A stretch of DNA of 64,000 nucleotides from Thermodesulfobacteriota bacterium (GCA_049320885.1 JBMORA010000001.1:242622-306621); one strand, 5' to 3'. Numbered from the stretch's first letter, positions 10,221 through 19,940 are shown. Numbers and translations are program-made. The notes: generated by a model not told the origin, from the letters alone.

Positions 10221-12459
10221 AACTCTGAATATTGGCCAACCGTTTGGCCAGGTAGGACAACTCGCGCTGGGCGGCTGTCAGATATTCCCGATAGTCCCCC
10301 TTGCTTTCCGGGTTGAAGGAAGTCGATACGCAGGCAAAACGGATCTCGAAAGGCATCTCCTTGACAAGGAACTCGCGATCTTTCAGGAGGGAGGTGATCC
10401 GTGCCAGCGAAGTCCTGGAGTCGTCTTTGGACGTCATGGGTTGAATGACGATCAGCAGGCGGCTGTCGACGATCCCCACGATATCGGTGTCCCGCACGAT
10501 CTTCACCAGGTCTTCCATCACCGCGGAGGTGACATCCTCGCGCGAGATCGAACCCTGGGGCACGGCCTTTTTCGGCGTGACTTTCACGGGTGTCAGCACC
10601 AGGGTTGAAAAAGGCGTATGATACCGTTTTGCGCGGCGGATTTCGCTGTCCAGGATGAACAGGGTGCTGCCCTTGTTCAAGGTCCGTTTGGGGACGCTCT
10701 TCTCCTCGGTTTTCGCCTCCGGCGCGGCAACCATCTCCCGCCGCAATTGCTCGAAACGGTCTTCGGACATCCCCCGTTCCAGCATGGCCTTCTTCACATA
10801 TCCCAGGATGGCGTTGACTTCTTCTTCGGACGCCGCCTCGACACTCAAAATATTGCGGATAGCGGCTTTGCTGTCGGCCGTGTTTTCCCCGGAACGGAGT
10901 TTTCGAAGAACCAACTCGGATTTGAGCTGGCGCATGTTTTCCTCCAGCCGGGCCATGATCCGATATTCGATATCCTTCAGCATCGCGGCATCCAGTTGTT
11001 TGTTTTTCAAGGCTCCGATCAGGTCGTTTCTGGCTTTCGCGTACATGCCGTCCAGCTGTTTGCCTTCGGTTCCGGTTTCGGAGTCGGCTTCATCCAATGC
11101 CATGCGGCTGCCGACGGTTTCGATATACTCCACCAGAATTCCGGTCAACTCGCCCCGGTCGCCTCCGCCCCTCCGGATTTCCGAGGCCAGATAAATCAAT
11201 TCAGCCGCCTCCTTCGGATGTTCCAGGATTTCATGAATCAGGATGTCGCCTTCCAGTCCGATCTCCCTGGCGCTCTGATCCAGCATCCGGGATAGGTTGT
11301 CGCTCTGCAATTCCGCTTTCAATTCCTGGATCAGGTTATAGAAATCCGCTAGGGGCATGCCCTCGGTCATCAGCCCGTGGCGGATTTTCGGCAACAACCG
11401 CCGGAGTTCATCCGCTTCCGGAATCAGCCGCACGATAATCTGGGCCAGACGTCTGATGGGAACCTCGCCTTTCCGGTATTCCTCCTGGACGAGTCGGATC
11501 AACACCGAATCCGTCAGTTCGTCGATTTCCTTTCGGATATCGTTTTCGAATGGATAGACGGTTCCCAGCGCCTTCTGGGCCTCCAGACCTTTCAGCAGCC
11601 GGCCCTTCAGCTCCATCACCCCCTCGGCAAGTCGCTTCAGATCGACATCCGCGTCGCCGCCGCGACCCACCTTATTGCGAATGGATTGGATCTGGCGGAT
11701 GATCATGGGGCCGGGCGTCTGCCCCTTACCCCGATGTTGTTCGGCAAACGCCACATCCGCCCGGATCATCTCCGCGGATATGACTCCCGGATCTTCCAGC
11801 AGGGCGGCAATGGAAAATTGGTTCTCAAAAGACTCGGAAATCGCCTCCGCCATCATCATTCCCAGCACATCCTCCGTGGTGGGGCCGGTCACCTTCGCGC
11901 GCAGGTCAACCACTTCCCCCTGAACCATCCCGCCGATCCGGTTCCCACCCGACGGAATATCACCGTCCAATGCCGATAGCTGCTGCTGTAAACGCTCCCG
12001 CAAAACGACTTCTTCGTCCAGGGTAATTTTTTTAAAAATCACATAATTGATGGTGGCACTGGCGACCCCTTTTGTTTCCAGTGCTTTTTTCATGCTCTTT
12101 ACATCGGGGGTTCTTTTCGTATCGAATACAATCTCCACCAGTGTCTGCAATTCCTCCAGGGTCATCCGCCGCTCGAAGGAAATGGACTGAATTCCGGCCT
12201 TGACGAAATAATCCGCCAGACGCGCTGTATTGATATGATAATCGACGGGTTCGTCTTCGATGAAAAACTTCTCCTGATTCATGGAAAAAATGATGGGCGA
12301 CACTTTTTTGAATCCCTCCTTGAGGGCCTCGAAAAGCTGCTCCACCGACCGGACCACCGCCGGATGTCCGGGATGATACATGGCCGCCTGGTTATATACC
12401 AGATTCATGCTTCGGCCGATCTTATCGGCCGCCAGTTTGCTCAGTTCCGGTTGTTTCAT
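10213..12459 (-). CDS. Large helical protein with C-terminal degenerate GGDEF-like domain
   Basis: N-terminal YHPGHP...GIQSISF module; C-terminal LDSEIRRAKRYHTPFSTLVL...IVRDTDIVG with no GGDEF signature. Confidence 0.7.
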   Translation of the reverse strand: MKQPELSKLAADKIGRSMNLVYNQAAMYHPGHPAVVRSVEQLFEALKEGFKKVSPIIFSMNQEKFFIEDEPVDYHINTARLADYFVKAGIQSISFERRMTLEELQTLVEIVFDTKRTPDVKSMKKALETKGVASATINYVIFKKITLDEEVVLRERLQQQLSALDGDIPSGGNRIGGMVQGEVVDLRAKVTGPTTEDVLGMMMAEAISESFENQFSIAALLEDPGVISAEMIRADVAFAEQHRGKGQTPGPMIIRQIQSIRNKVGRGGDADVDLKRLAEGVMELKGRLLKGLEAQKALGTVYPFENDIRKEIDELTDSVLIRLVQEEYRKGEVPIRRLAQIIVRLIPEADELRRLLPKIRHGLMTEGMPLADFYNLIQELKAELQSDNLSRMLDQSAREIGLEGDILIHEILEHPKEAAELIYLASEIRRGGGDRGELTGILVEYIETVGSRMALDEADSETGTEGKQLDGMYAKARNDLIGALKNKQLDAAMLKDIEYRIMARLEENMRQLKSELVLRKLRSGENTADSKAAIRNILSVEAASEEEVNAILGYVKKAMLERGMSEDRFEQLRREMVAAPEAKTEEKSVPKRTLNKGSTLFILDSEIRRAKRYHTPFSTLVLTPVKVTPKKAVPQGSISREDVTSAVMEDLVKIVRDTDIVGIVDSRLLIVIQPMTSKDDSRTSLARITSLLKDREFLVKEMPFEIRFACVSTSFNPESKGDYREYLTAAQRELSYLAKRLANIQSFM

Positions 12460-12478
12460 TGTCCGCTGGTTTCTCCTT

Positions 12479-13372
12479 CTATCGGAGACAGTTTTTCTGA
12501 TACCATCTCAAGGCGTTGGCAAACGCGGCGCAGGTCCCGAAGCGTTTGCCCGGATGGTGGGCCACGGCTTTTTCAATGATCTGGTCCATCTTGACATTCA
12601 GGTTCGGATTCAGCGCGGAGGGCTTTTGACGGAAAATCCCCTCCACCGCGTCTTTCTTGTGTTTCAGCAAGTCCATGGGGGAATCGTATTCCGGCAGCGG
12701 CAATGTTCCCGCCGCCATCTGAAACAGCATGACGCCCGCGGCGTACACGTCCGCCCGCCTGTCGACGTTCGTCCCGGTGATCTGTTCAGGCGCCATATAC
12801 AGGGGTGTGCCCTGCAACAGGTCTTTTCCGGCGTCATCGCCCTTGAGAAACCTGGCAGTCCCGAAATCGGAGATGAGCGGCCTTTGGGTATGGGATTCGA
12901 TCAAAATATTGGCCGGTTTGATATCCCGGTGGACGATACCCTGTTGATGAGCGTAATCAAGGGCCTCCAGTACCTGGATGACGATGGCCAGGGTGCGTTC
13001 CAGGGGCAGAATCCGCCTGGACGGCAGCGGATGTCTCTGAATGTCCTGAATTTCCCTGGCCAAATCCCTTCCCTGGATCAGCTGCATGCTCATGAACAGG
13101 AATTCCGGCGTTTCGCCGACTTCATATATGGGAATGATATTCGGATGGGACAGAATCGCCGCGGCTTCCGCTTCCTGCTGGAAACGCTCGGCGGCCCTGG
13201 CGGTCATCATGACTTTGGGCAGAATCTTCACCGCGATCTGGCGTTTCAGGGTTTGTTGAAACGCCAGAAACACGATGGCCATGCTTCCCCTGCCGAGTTC
13301 CCTGAGGATCGTCGCGGTACCCACCTGAAAACCGATCAGGTGATGGACGTCATAGGATTGTATGGATGCCAT
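12479..13372 (-). CDS. Hanks-type Ser/Thr protein kinase (stand-alone catalytic domain)
   Basis: LGRGSMA, IAVK, HRDIKPANIL, DFG, GTPLYMAPE and DVYAAG. Confidence 0.93.
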   Translation of the reverse strand: MASIQSYDVHHLIGFQVGTATILRELGRGSMAIVFLAFQQTLKRQIAVKILPKVMMTARAAERFQQEAEAAAILSHPNIIPIYEVGETPEFLFMSMQLIQGRDLAREIQDIQRHPLPSRRILPLERTLAIVIQVLEALDYAHQQGIVHRDIKPANILIESHTQRPLISDFGTARFLKGDDAGKDLLQGTPLYMAPEQITGTNVDRRADVYAAGVMLFQMAAGTLPLPEYDSPMDLLKHKKDAVEGIFRQKPSALNPNLNVKMDQIIEKAVAHHPGKRFGTCAAFANALRWYQKNCLR

Positions 13373-13628
13373 ATCCCTTTGCGATCTTTCCGAAGGTGAC
13401 GTCATGAGTTGGAAAGTAAAACATCCGCCCTGCAGCCTGATCATATTAGACCAGGAAAGTGGAGATTGCAACTCGAAGCAAAACCGCCCCCGGAGCAATC
13501 GCATGGGAATTATCTGCCGCCTTTCTGTCTTTTCGTGTTTCATCTGCGGATAGTTTTATTTTTCTCTACCGATTTTTCCCCAATAATTTCATTGTTATAC
13601 AAATTTTTTCAGAACCGGAACATTGTCC

Positions 13629-13657
13629 TTGATTACAATAAACAAAATGTTTATTAT
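13629..13657 (+). promoter_or_regulatory. sigma70 promoter of higBA with overlapping operator palindrome
   Basis: TTGATT-17bp-TATTAT; inverted repeat AATAAACA-AAA-TGTTTATT at 13637-13655. Confidence 0.7.
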
Positions 13658-13663
13658 CGTTTG

Positions 13664-13945
13664 ATGATTAAATCGTTCCGTTGCCGCGAAACTGAAAAGA
13701 TATTCCATCGTGAATTTTCGAAAAAATTTCATCGGGATCTTCATGTTCAGGCCTTTATGAAACTTAATGCGATTGACGCGGCCGTGAATCTTGAAGACTT
13801 GCGGCAGCCTCCGTCCAACCACCTCGAAGCGCTAAGGGGGGACCGCAAAGGACAGTATAGCATCAGAATCAATGAGAGATGGCGCGTGTGTTTTGAATGG
13901 TGTAACGGCAATGCGGAACAAGTCGAATTTGTTGATTACCACTAA
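13664..13945 (+). CDS. higB: Type II toxin HigB (RelE/ParE superfamily)
   Basis: MIKSF...DLRQPPSNHLEALRGDRKGQYSIRINERWRVCFEW...VDYH. Confidence 0.92.
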   Translation: MIKSFRCRETEKIFHREFSKKFHRDLHVQAFMKLNAIDAAVNLEDLRQPPSNHLEALRGDRKGQYSIRINERWRVCFEWCNGNAEQVEFVDYH

Positions 13946-13955
13946 GGATGCCATT

Positions 13956-14270
13956 ATGACGAAACATCGAATTTCACCGATTCACCCTGGTATGTATCTG
14001 AAGGAATTACTCGACGAGTTACATATAACCCAATACCGTCTTGCTCAGGATTTGGGCGTGCCTGCAATGAGGATCAATCATGTTGTTCATTGTAAAAGAC
14101 CGGTAACGGCCGAGCTGGCATTGCGCTTGGGACGTTATTTTAATCAAAACCCTCGCTATTGGATTAATTTGCAAAGCCGGTATGATATGGATGTTGTCGA
14201 AGATGCTCTTGCAAAACAAATATCTCGTGAAATAAAACCATTGGCGACAAAATCCGGGCAAGGGCGATAA
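13956..14270 (+). CDS. higA: Antitoxin HigA (XRE HTH)
   Basis: PIHPG...RPVTAELALRLGRYF...YWINLQSRYD. Confidence 0.92.
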   Translation: MTKHRISPIHPGMYLKELLDELHITQYRLAQDLGVPAMRINHVVHCKRPVTAELALRLGRYFNQNPRYWINLQSRYDMDVVEDALAKQISREIKPLATKSGQGR

Positions 14271-14316
14271 CGCAGCCATATGGTTTGTAACCAAACAATT
14301 TTGCCGGAGTATTTCG

Positions 14317-15147
14317 ATGCCCCCTGAAGAAACCGCCATTGATGTCTGGATGCAGCATCCGAATCTGGATTTCATCAACCATGCCATGTTCGCCTCCCTG
14401 CGAAGGTGGATGGGCATGACGACGGTGACGGAACCGATCCCCGTGGAGTGGACCCTCGCGGCCATGGATCAGGGCCGGGTGGGAAGGGGTCTGATCAGCG
14501 CCTGGTGGGGTCCCCAGGGGCCGTTGATTGCCAACGAGGAAGTCGCCGGGCTGGTGGAACGGCATCCGGACCGCTTCATCGGCATCGGCGCGGTGGATCT
14601 GCACCGGCCCATGGCGGCGGTCCGGGAAACCCGCCGCTGCATCCGGGAGCTGGGTTTCAAGGGCATCCGCATTGTCCAGTGGTTCTGGAACCTGCCGCCC
14701 ACGGACCGGCTGTACTACCCGGTGTACGCGGAATGCGCGGCCCTGGAGGTGCCGGTCTGCCTGCAGGTGGGCCACACCGGCCCCCTCTGTCCGTCGGAGC
14801 CGGGCCGGCCCATTCCCTATATCGACCAGGTGGCCCTGGATTTCCCGGAGCTCAAATTGGTCTGCGGCCATATCGGCTATCCCTGGACCACGGAAATGAT
14901 CGCCGTGGCCACCAAACATCCCAATGTATTCATCGACACCTCGGCCTACACGGCCAGACGCTACCCCGGCGAGCTGGTGGAATACATGAAACGGAACGGT
15001 CGCAACAAGGTCCTCTTCGGCACCAACTACCCCATGATCACCCCGGCCAAATGCCGGGAGGATCTGGGCTCCCTCGGCCTGGACGACGAAACCTTGGCCT
15101 TGTTCCTGAGCGGCAACGCGGAACGGGTTTTTGCCATCGCCGATTAA
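14317..15147 (+). CDS. Amidohydrolase family protein (Amidohydro_2)
   Basis: IDVWMQHP, GHIGYPW, FIDTSAY and LFGTNYP. Confidence 0.85.
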   Translation: MPPEETAIDVWMQHPNLDFINHAMFASLRRWMGMTTVTEPIPVEWTLAAMDQGRVGRGLISAWWGPQGPLIANEEVAGLVERHPDRFIGIGAVDLHRPMAAVRETRRCIRELGFKGIRIVQWFWNLPPTDRLYYPVYAECAALEVPVCLQVGHTGPLCPSEPGRPIPYIDQVALDFPELKLVCGHIGYPWTTEMIAVATKHPNVFIDTSAYTARRYPGELVEYMKRNGRNKVLFGTNYPMITPAKCREDLGSLGLDDETLALFLSGNAERVFAIAD

Positions 15148-17120
15148 TCGATTAAAACCAGCGTTTCATCTTCAAGCCCCTGCATCACCCCGGCGGACAC
15201 GCTGCCCAGCACCAGCCGTTTGATGCCCGAGAGGCCGCGTTTGCCCATGACCACCAGGGAGTATCCGTCCTCCCGGATTTTGCGGAGCAGGGCCGCGGGC
15301 ACGTCCGGGCCGGATTCGATCAGTTCCAGGGCCATGCCGCGCTCCAAACCGAGGATTCGGCCCATCCGTTTCCAGGTGGTGGCCGCCTCCCGGGCTGTTC
15401 CGGACAGCACATGCACGCAATCGAACGCCATTTCCGGACGATGGGCCAGCAGGCGGTCCAGGCATTTGATCACCAACAGGCTGGTGTCCGACAGATCCAG
15501 CAAAACGAGCATGCGGAACGGCTTTTTACCCGGCCCCGCCAGACAGAACACCCGGCCCCTCAGACGGTGCATCAGCCGCTCCTGCCAGACCGCATCCCGG
15601 TTGCGGGCCACCAGAATCATGCCGTAGCCGCCTTGAACCACGGCTTCGAGGATGGCATTCGCCGGGTCGTCGCTGACCAGCATGCATGAATCAGCCACCC
15701 GTGGAACCACAGACGCCTCGGACGACCGGTTGGCGCCAAGCCAGCGTCTGAAGGGTTCTTCCGCCCCGACCAGGCTTTCCGGCTCCGAAGCGTCCGGAAG
15801 AAACATGGCCCGGACATGCCGCACCGGCTCCGGCGCTGCAAGCCAGTCCAGCAGCCTTTGAAAAACGGCCGCGTCCTCCGGCGCCGTGATAGCCCACAGT
15901 TGCCGCGCCGGATTTCGTTTCAGCAATTTGTGTTCCAGATCGGTCCGGTTCCGCCGCCAGGCGGGCCACCTGGCGCAGGCAAAGCCCTGGTCCAGCGTGA
16001 CCCGCTTGAGGCAGCTGCCGCAATCCACGCAGGGCGTTATCCGCAACCCCTGCCGCGCTTTTTCCAACCAGCGGTCATCGGTTCGCAGGGGTCGCCCCAA
16101 TCCGATGAGATCCGTGACGCCGTCATCCAGCAGTTGTTCGGCGGTTGCGGCATCCAGGATCCGGCCGGCCAGGATCACCGGCGTCTTCAAACGTTTTCGC
16201 AATCCGGCCGCATCTTCCCGAAGATAGGCCGGTCTGGACGCCAGCGCCTTGTAGTCGGCGGAAAAATAGGAGTTATAGGATCCCGCGGATACGGACAGGT
16301 AGGCAATCCGCTCCTGCTGCAGCCGGGTTGCCAAGGCAGCGGCCTCGTCCGGTTCGATGCCTTCAGGAACCCATTCCCGGAGCTGGAGTCTGAATCCCAC
16401 GGGAAAGGATTCGGGCAGCCTCTGTTTGACGGCCTGGAGAACCTCCAGGGGGAAACGCAGGCGATCCGGCAAACCGCCTTGGATCGCCGAAGGCCTTGTA
16501 TTGGTAAAAGCCGACAGGAACTGGTTCAATAAATATCCCGAGGCCCCGTGCAATTCCACGCAATCGAAACCGGCCTGCCAGGCCCGCTGGGCCGCCAGGG
16601 CGAAGTCACGGGCGACCCGCCGCATATCGGTTTCTTCCATGCCGGTGGTCCAGCGGTTTACCAGCAACAGCAGACGCTGGGTCAGGGCGAACCGTTTCTC
16701 CAGGGGAAAGGAACGGACAAAGTCGGTCAGCGAGGCGACCTGGAAGGCCAGGTGTTTTCCGGTAACTGGCGTGGGCAGAAGCGGCCGGTCGCCCCGGGCA
16801 AAACGTCCGGCATGATTGAGCTGCAGACACGCCGCGGCTCCTTCCCGGCGGATGGCGCCGGCCAGCTCCCGCAGGCCGTCAATCTGGGCATCCCGATCCA
16901 CCCGCAGGTTATGCAGGGAGGTACACCCGTCTTGCGCGACCGCGGCATTGGCCACCACCACCATGGCGACACCCGTTCCGGCCAGTCGGCGATAATGATC
17001 GATCAACATGCCGCTGACCTGCCCGCCGGGCAAGGCATAACCGGTGAATACCGGAACCGCCACCAGCCGGTTTCTCAGTTCCAGGGAACCGAGTCGAAAT
17101 GGGAGAAACAGCGAGGACAT
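15144..17120 (-). CDS. NADH:flavin oxidoreductase (OYE-like) fused to universal stress protein domains
   Basis: LFLPFRLGSLELRNRLV, LQLNHAGR, GFDCVELHGASGYLLNQFLS, CVDCGSC..C, and C-terminal VVMGKRGLSGIKRLVLGSVS. Confidence 0.85.
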   Translation of the reverse strand: MSSLFLPFRLGSLELRNRLVAVPVFTGYALPGGQVSGMLIDHYRRLAGTGVAMVVVANAAVAQDGCTSLHNLRVDRDAQIDGLRELAGAIRREGAAACLQLNHAGRFARGDRPLLPTPVTGKHLAFQVASLTDFVRSFPLEKRFALTQRLLLLVNRWTTGMEETDMRRVARDFALAAQRAWQAGFDCVELHGASGYLLNQFLSAFTNTRPSAIQGGLPDRLRFPLEVLQAVKQRLPESFPVGFRLQLREWVPEGIEPDEAAALATRLQQERIAYLSVSAGSYNSYFSADYKALASRPAYLREDAAGLRKRLKTPVILAGRILDAATAEQLLDDGVTDLIGLGRPLRTDDRWLEKARQGLRITPCVDCGSCLKRVTLDQGFACARWPAWRRNRTDLEHKLLKRNPARQLWAITAPEDAAVFQRLLDWLAAPEPVRHVRAMFLPDASEPESLVGAEEPFRRWLGANRSSEASVVPRVADSCMLVSDDPANAILEAVVQGGYGMILVARNRDAVWQERLMHRLRGRVFCLAGPGKKPFRMLVLLDLSDTSLLVIKCLDRLLAHRPEMAFDCVHVLSGTAREAATTWKRMGRILGLERGMALELIESGPDVPAALLRKIREDGYSLVVMGKRGLSGIKRLVLGSVSAGVMQGLEDETLVLID

Positions 17121-17141
17121 ACGCTCCTTATGCCGAATCGT

Positions 17142-18257
17142 TCAGCCCGCACCGCCGGATGATTCGGTTTGATAATCGTAGCGCCCTTCATTGCGGCGGA
17201 TATTGCGTTTTTCCCATTCCTGGCGGTCGTTGTTGAAATGCCGCATCAAAACCGGCAGCCGCTGCAGCACCCCCAGCTCCGACGACGGCCTCCAATCCAG
17301 CAGCGCATGCGTGTATCCGGCATCCACGATCAGCGGCCGGTCCACATAGTCCAGCATCCAGCGCCGTTCATAACGGCGTTGCCCCAGCAGAACCTTGAAG
17401 CGGTTGCGGATGAACAAGGCCATGCCGGCGGCAACGGGTGGAACAAAGATCGGCCGCGCCGCGGAATCGAACCCCATCCCCTCGCGGATGAGGGGGAAGA
17501 GTTCCCGGTGAAGCGTGCAGCCGCTGGGGGCGGCAAACAGTCTTTCCAGCGGCGCCAGCCGGTGGGATGCCTGAAGCACCTTCCGGACCGCCCGCACCAG
17601 ATCGTCTCGATGGATATAAGGAAAACCGGAGGTCCCCTGCCCCGGCACCATCCTTCCGCTGGGCATGGGGCTGCTCCACATTCTGATCAGGCTGTACAGG
17701 GGCGGCAGTTCGCACCAGTCGCTGAATACGCCGCCGATGCGCAACGAAACGCAGGGGATGCGATCATGGTAGTCCATCAGCATGGTTTCACCCAGCGCCT
17801 TGGATCTGGCGTAGGCCACCTGCCCGACGGGAGTGGATTTTTCCGTCAGCATCCGTCCCGGAGGCGGCGGCGGAAGGGAGGCGATGCTGCCGGCGAAAAC
17901 AAACCGTTTGGCATTGACGGCCACGGCTGCATCCAGGGTGTTTCTCAACCCGGCCACATTGATCCGTCCGTATTCCGGCAGCCATCGTTTTCCATAATGA
18001 TAAAACGCCGCCAGGTGTATGACAACATCAACCCCGCCATACCGTTCCCCCATTCGGCTGGTCCAGTCGACCAAGCTGCGGGCATGGGTGATGTCGACGC
18101 CACCCCATTCCGCTCCCCGGGCCTGGTTTCTCAGATCCCGGGAAGGCGGCCGCCGGTCCAGCCCCAACACCATATGATCGCGGCAAAGATCCACGCATAT
18201 GGCCGACCCCAGGTAACCGGAAGAACCGGTGACCAGGACGACGGGAAGACGGTTCAT
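17142..18257 (-). CDS. NAD-dependent epimerase/dehydratase (extended SDR)
   Basis: VLVTGSSGYLG, VIHLAA and YARSK (YxxxK). Confidence 0.85.
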   Translation of the reverse strand: MNRLPVVLVTGSSGYLGSAICVDLCRDHMVLGLDRRPPSRDLRNQARGAEWGGVDITHARSLVDWTSRMGERYGGVDVVIHLAAFYHYGKRWLPEYGRINVAGLRNTLDAAVAVNAKRFVFAGSIASLPPPPPGRMLTEKSTPVGQVAYARSKALGETMLMDYHDRIPCVSLRIGGVFSDWCELPPLYSLIRMWSSPMPSGRMVPGQGTSGFPYIHRDDLVRAVRKVLQASHRLAPLERLFAAPSGCTLHRELFPLIREGMGFDSAARPIFVPPVAAGMALFIRNRFKVLLGQRRYERRWMLDYVDRPLIVDAGYTHALLDWRPSSELGVLQRLPVLMRHFNNDRQEWEKRNIRRNEGRYDYQTESSGGAG

Positions 18258-18320
18258 GGATTTCACCAGGCGCTCCTCCGTAATGGGATGGAATTTTTGC
18301 CACACTTTATTATCAACATA

Positions 18321-18441
18321 TTGTTTTGTAAATAAATTACGGATATAATGCAAGGAAATTTCACCACCGGCGACGCCCTGGAAAAGCAGGCGAGGATAGG
18401 ACAGGAAACAACTTGCTGAACTTTAATCGATTTGGTATAGT
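18321..18441 (+). promoter_or_regulatory. Two tandem sigma70-like promoters upstream of the actin-like gene
   Basis: TTGTTT-17-TATAAT (18321-18349) and TTGCTG-17-TATAGT with extended -10 TG (18413-18441). Confidence 0.45.
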
Positions 18442-18726
18442 TGCTGCATTGTCATTGTTACCGATAATGACCGATAAAGAGTCATCCCGACAGCATAACC
18501 CCGAAAACAGCCGTGCCGATGAGGAACAGATGGATTTGCGGATATGCTGCGGATGAAGTCCCGTGGCATTCACCCCAGAGATGAAAGGGCCGAAGCATCC
18601 GTCCGGCAGCATCCGGCGGGAATTCCTGCGCGCAATGACGTTCGATTTCCGTGTTGTACGCGGCCCCCTGAAACGAGATCAGCCAGCAAGTCAGCAAACG
18701 AATTTATCGGAGAGGAGGAAGGAACA

Positions 18727-19818
18727 ATGGTCGACAAAAACAAGAAGCCCCTCAAGAAGGACGCTGCCGAGATGGTCCAGGCATTTGAACAGATTTTGAA
18801 GCAACCGGAGGAAACCTCGGAGCTGAGCCAGAACGCCATCGGCGTGGATATCGGGACTTCGAAAACCGTCTACGCCGTGAATGGTAAAGAGAGCGGAAGC
18901 AAGGATTATTTTTCCCAACTGAACGCCTTCATCGAGGTCCCCTACTCCCGTTTTACTGAAAACATATTGAAACAAAACAAAATCCACCATTACAAACTCG
19001 GGAACTCCCTCATCGTGTACGGTGACGGCGCGGAACTCTTCGCCAACATGCTGAATACCGAAACCCGGCGCCCCATGCGCAACGGCCTCCTGAACGCCAA
19101 GGAAGCCAATGCCATTGAAATCATGAAGGGCATTCTGGACGACATGATCCCCTCCGCCGCCCTGCCCAATACCCCGCTCTGCTTTTCCATCCCCGGAGCG
19201 CCGAAGAATGCCACAACGGATATCATCTATCACGAGGCGATTCTGAAACGCCATCTGGATGAAAAAGGCTTCAAATCCCGAAGCATCAACGAGGGCATGG
19301 CGGTTGTTTTTTCAGAACTGGAAAAGGAGAATTTCACCGGGTTCGGCATCAGCTGCGGCGGCGGGATGTGCAATGTCTGCCTGTCCTATCTCTCCATCCC
19401 GCATATCACCTTCAGCATCATCAAGGGCGGGGATCATATCGACGATGCAGTGGCCTCGGTCACCAATGAGGTCAACACCCGCATCCGGGATATCAAGGAG
19501 AATCAGCTCGATCTGCTGGCGAAGGCGGACAATGAGATCGAGGACGCCCTGCAGATCTATTATGATGATCTCATCCGGACGCTGATCCGCTCCATGAAGG
19601 AGAGTATTGAACAGACGTCGAAGATTCCAAAATCGGATGCCCCCGTCCCGATTGTGCTCAGCGGCGGCACGGCCAAACCGAACGGATTCAGGGAGCGGTT
19701 TGAAAAATGCCTGAAAGAGGTGGACTTCCCGCTGGAAATCAGCGAAATCCGGCTGGCCAAGGACCCGCTGAAAGCCACCGCCAACGGCGCCCTGATCGCC
19801 GCCATGTACGAAGGTTGA
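18727..19818 (+). CDS. Actin-fold ATPase, volactin-like
   Basis: Phosphate-1 GVDIGTSK, connect-1 INEGMAV, phosphate-2 ISCGGGMCN, adenosine LSGGTA and connect-2 DPLKATANGA; strong GGAGG RBS. Confidence 0.85.
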   Translation: MVDKNKKPLKKDAAEMVQAFEQILKQPEETSELSQNAIGVDIGTSKTVYAVNGKESGSKDYFSQLNAFIEVPYSRFTENILKQNKIHHYKLGNSLIVYGDGAELFANMLNTETRRPMRNGLLNAKEANAIEIMKGILDDMIPSAALPNTPLCFSIPGAPKNATTDIIYHEAILKRHLDEKGFKSRSINEGMAVVFSELEKENFTGFGISCGGGMCNVCLSYLSIPHITFSIIKGGDHIDDAVASVTNEVNTRIRDIKENQLDLLAKADNEIEDALQIYYDDLIRTLIRSMKESIEQTSKIPKSDAPVPIVLSGGTAKPNGFRERFEKCLKEVDFPLEISEIRLAKDPLKATANGALIAAMYEG

Positions 19819-19940
19819 CAAGGATTGACGGACGCGGTTTTTTTCGGCGAAGCGAACGATAATGTCTGCTCCCCGGATTCCGGATTTCATCTGATCGGTA
19901 TCGTGGCGACCGATACGGATTGAAAGGGAGTTTATTGTCC

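Noticed and set aside
18467..18799. ORF MTDKESS...ICCG-TGA-SPVAF..., a possible selenocysteine read-through
   Set aside because: No RBS and no clear SECIS hairpin after the TGA; read-through would overlap the actin gene by 73 nt.
18727..19818. Calling the actin MreB, MamK or a ParM partition protein
   Set aside because: MreB-specific motifs are lacking, and there are no mreCD, magnetosome, adaptor or centromere-repeat neighbours.
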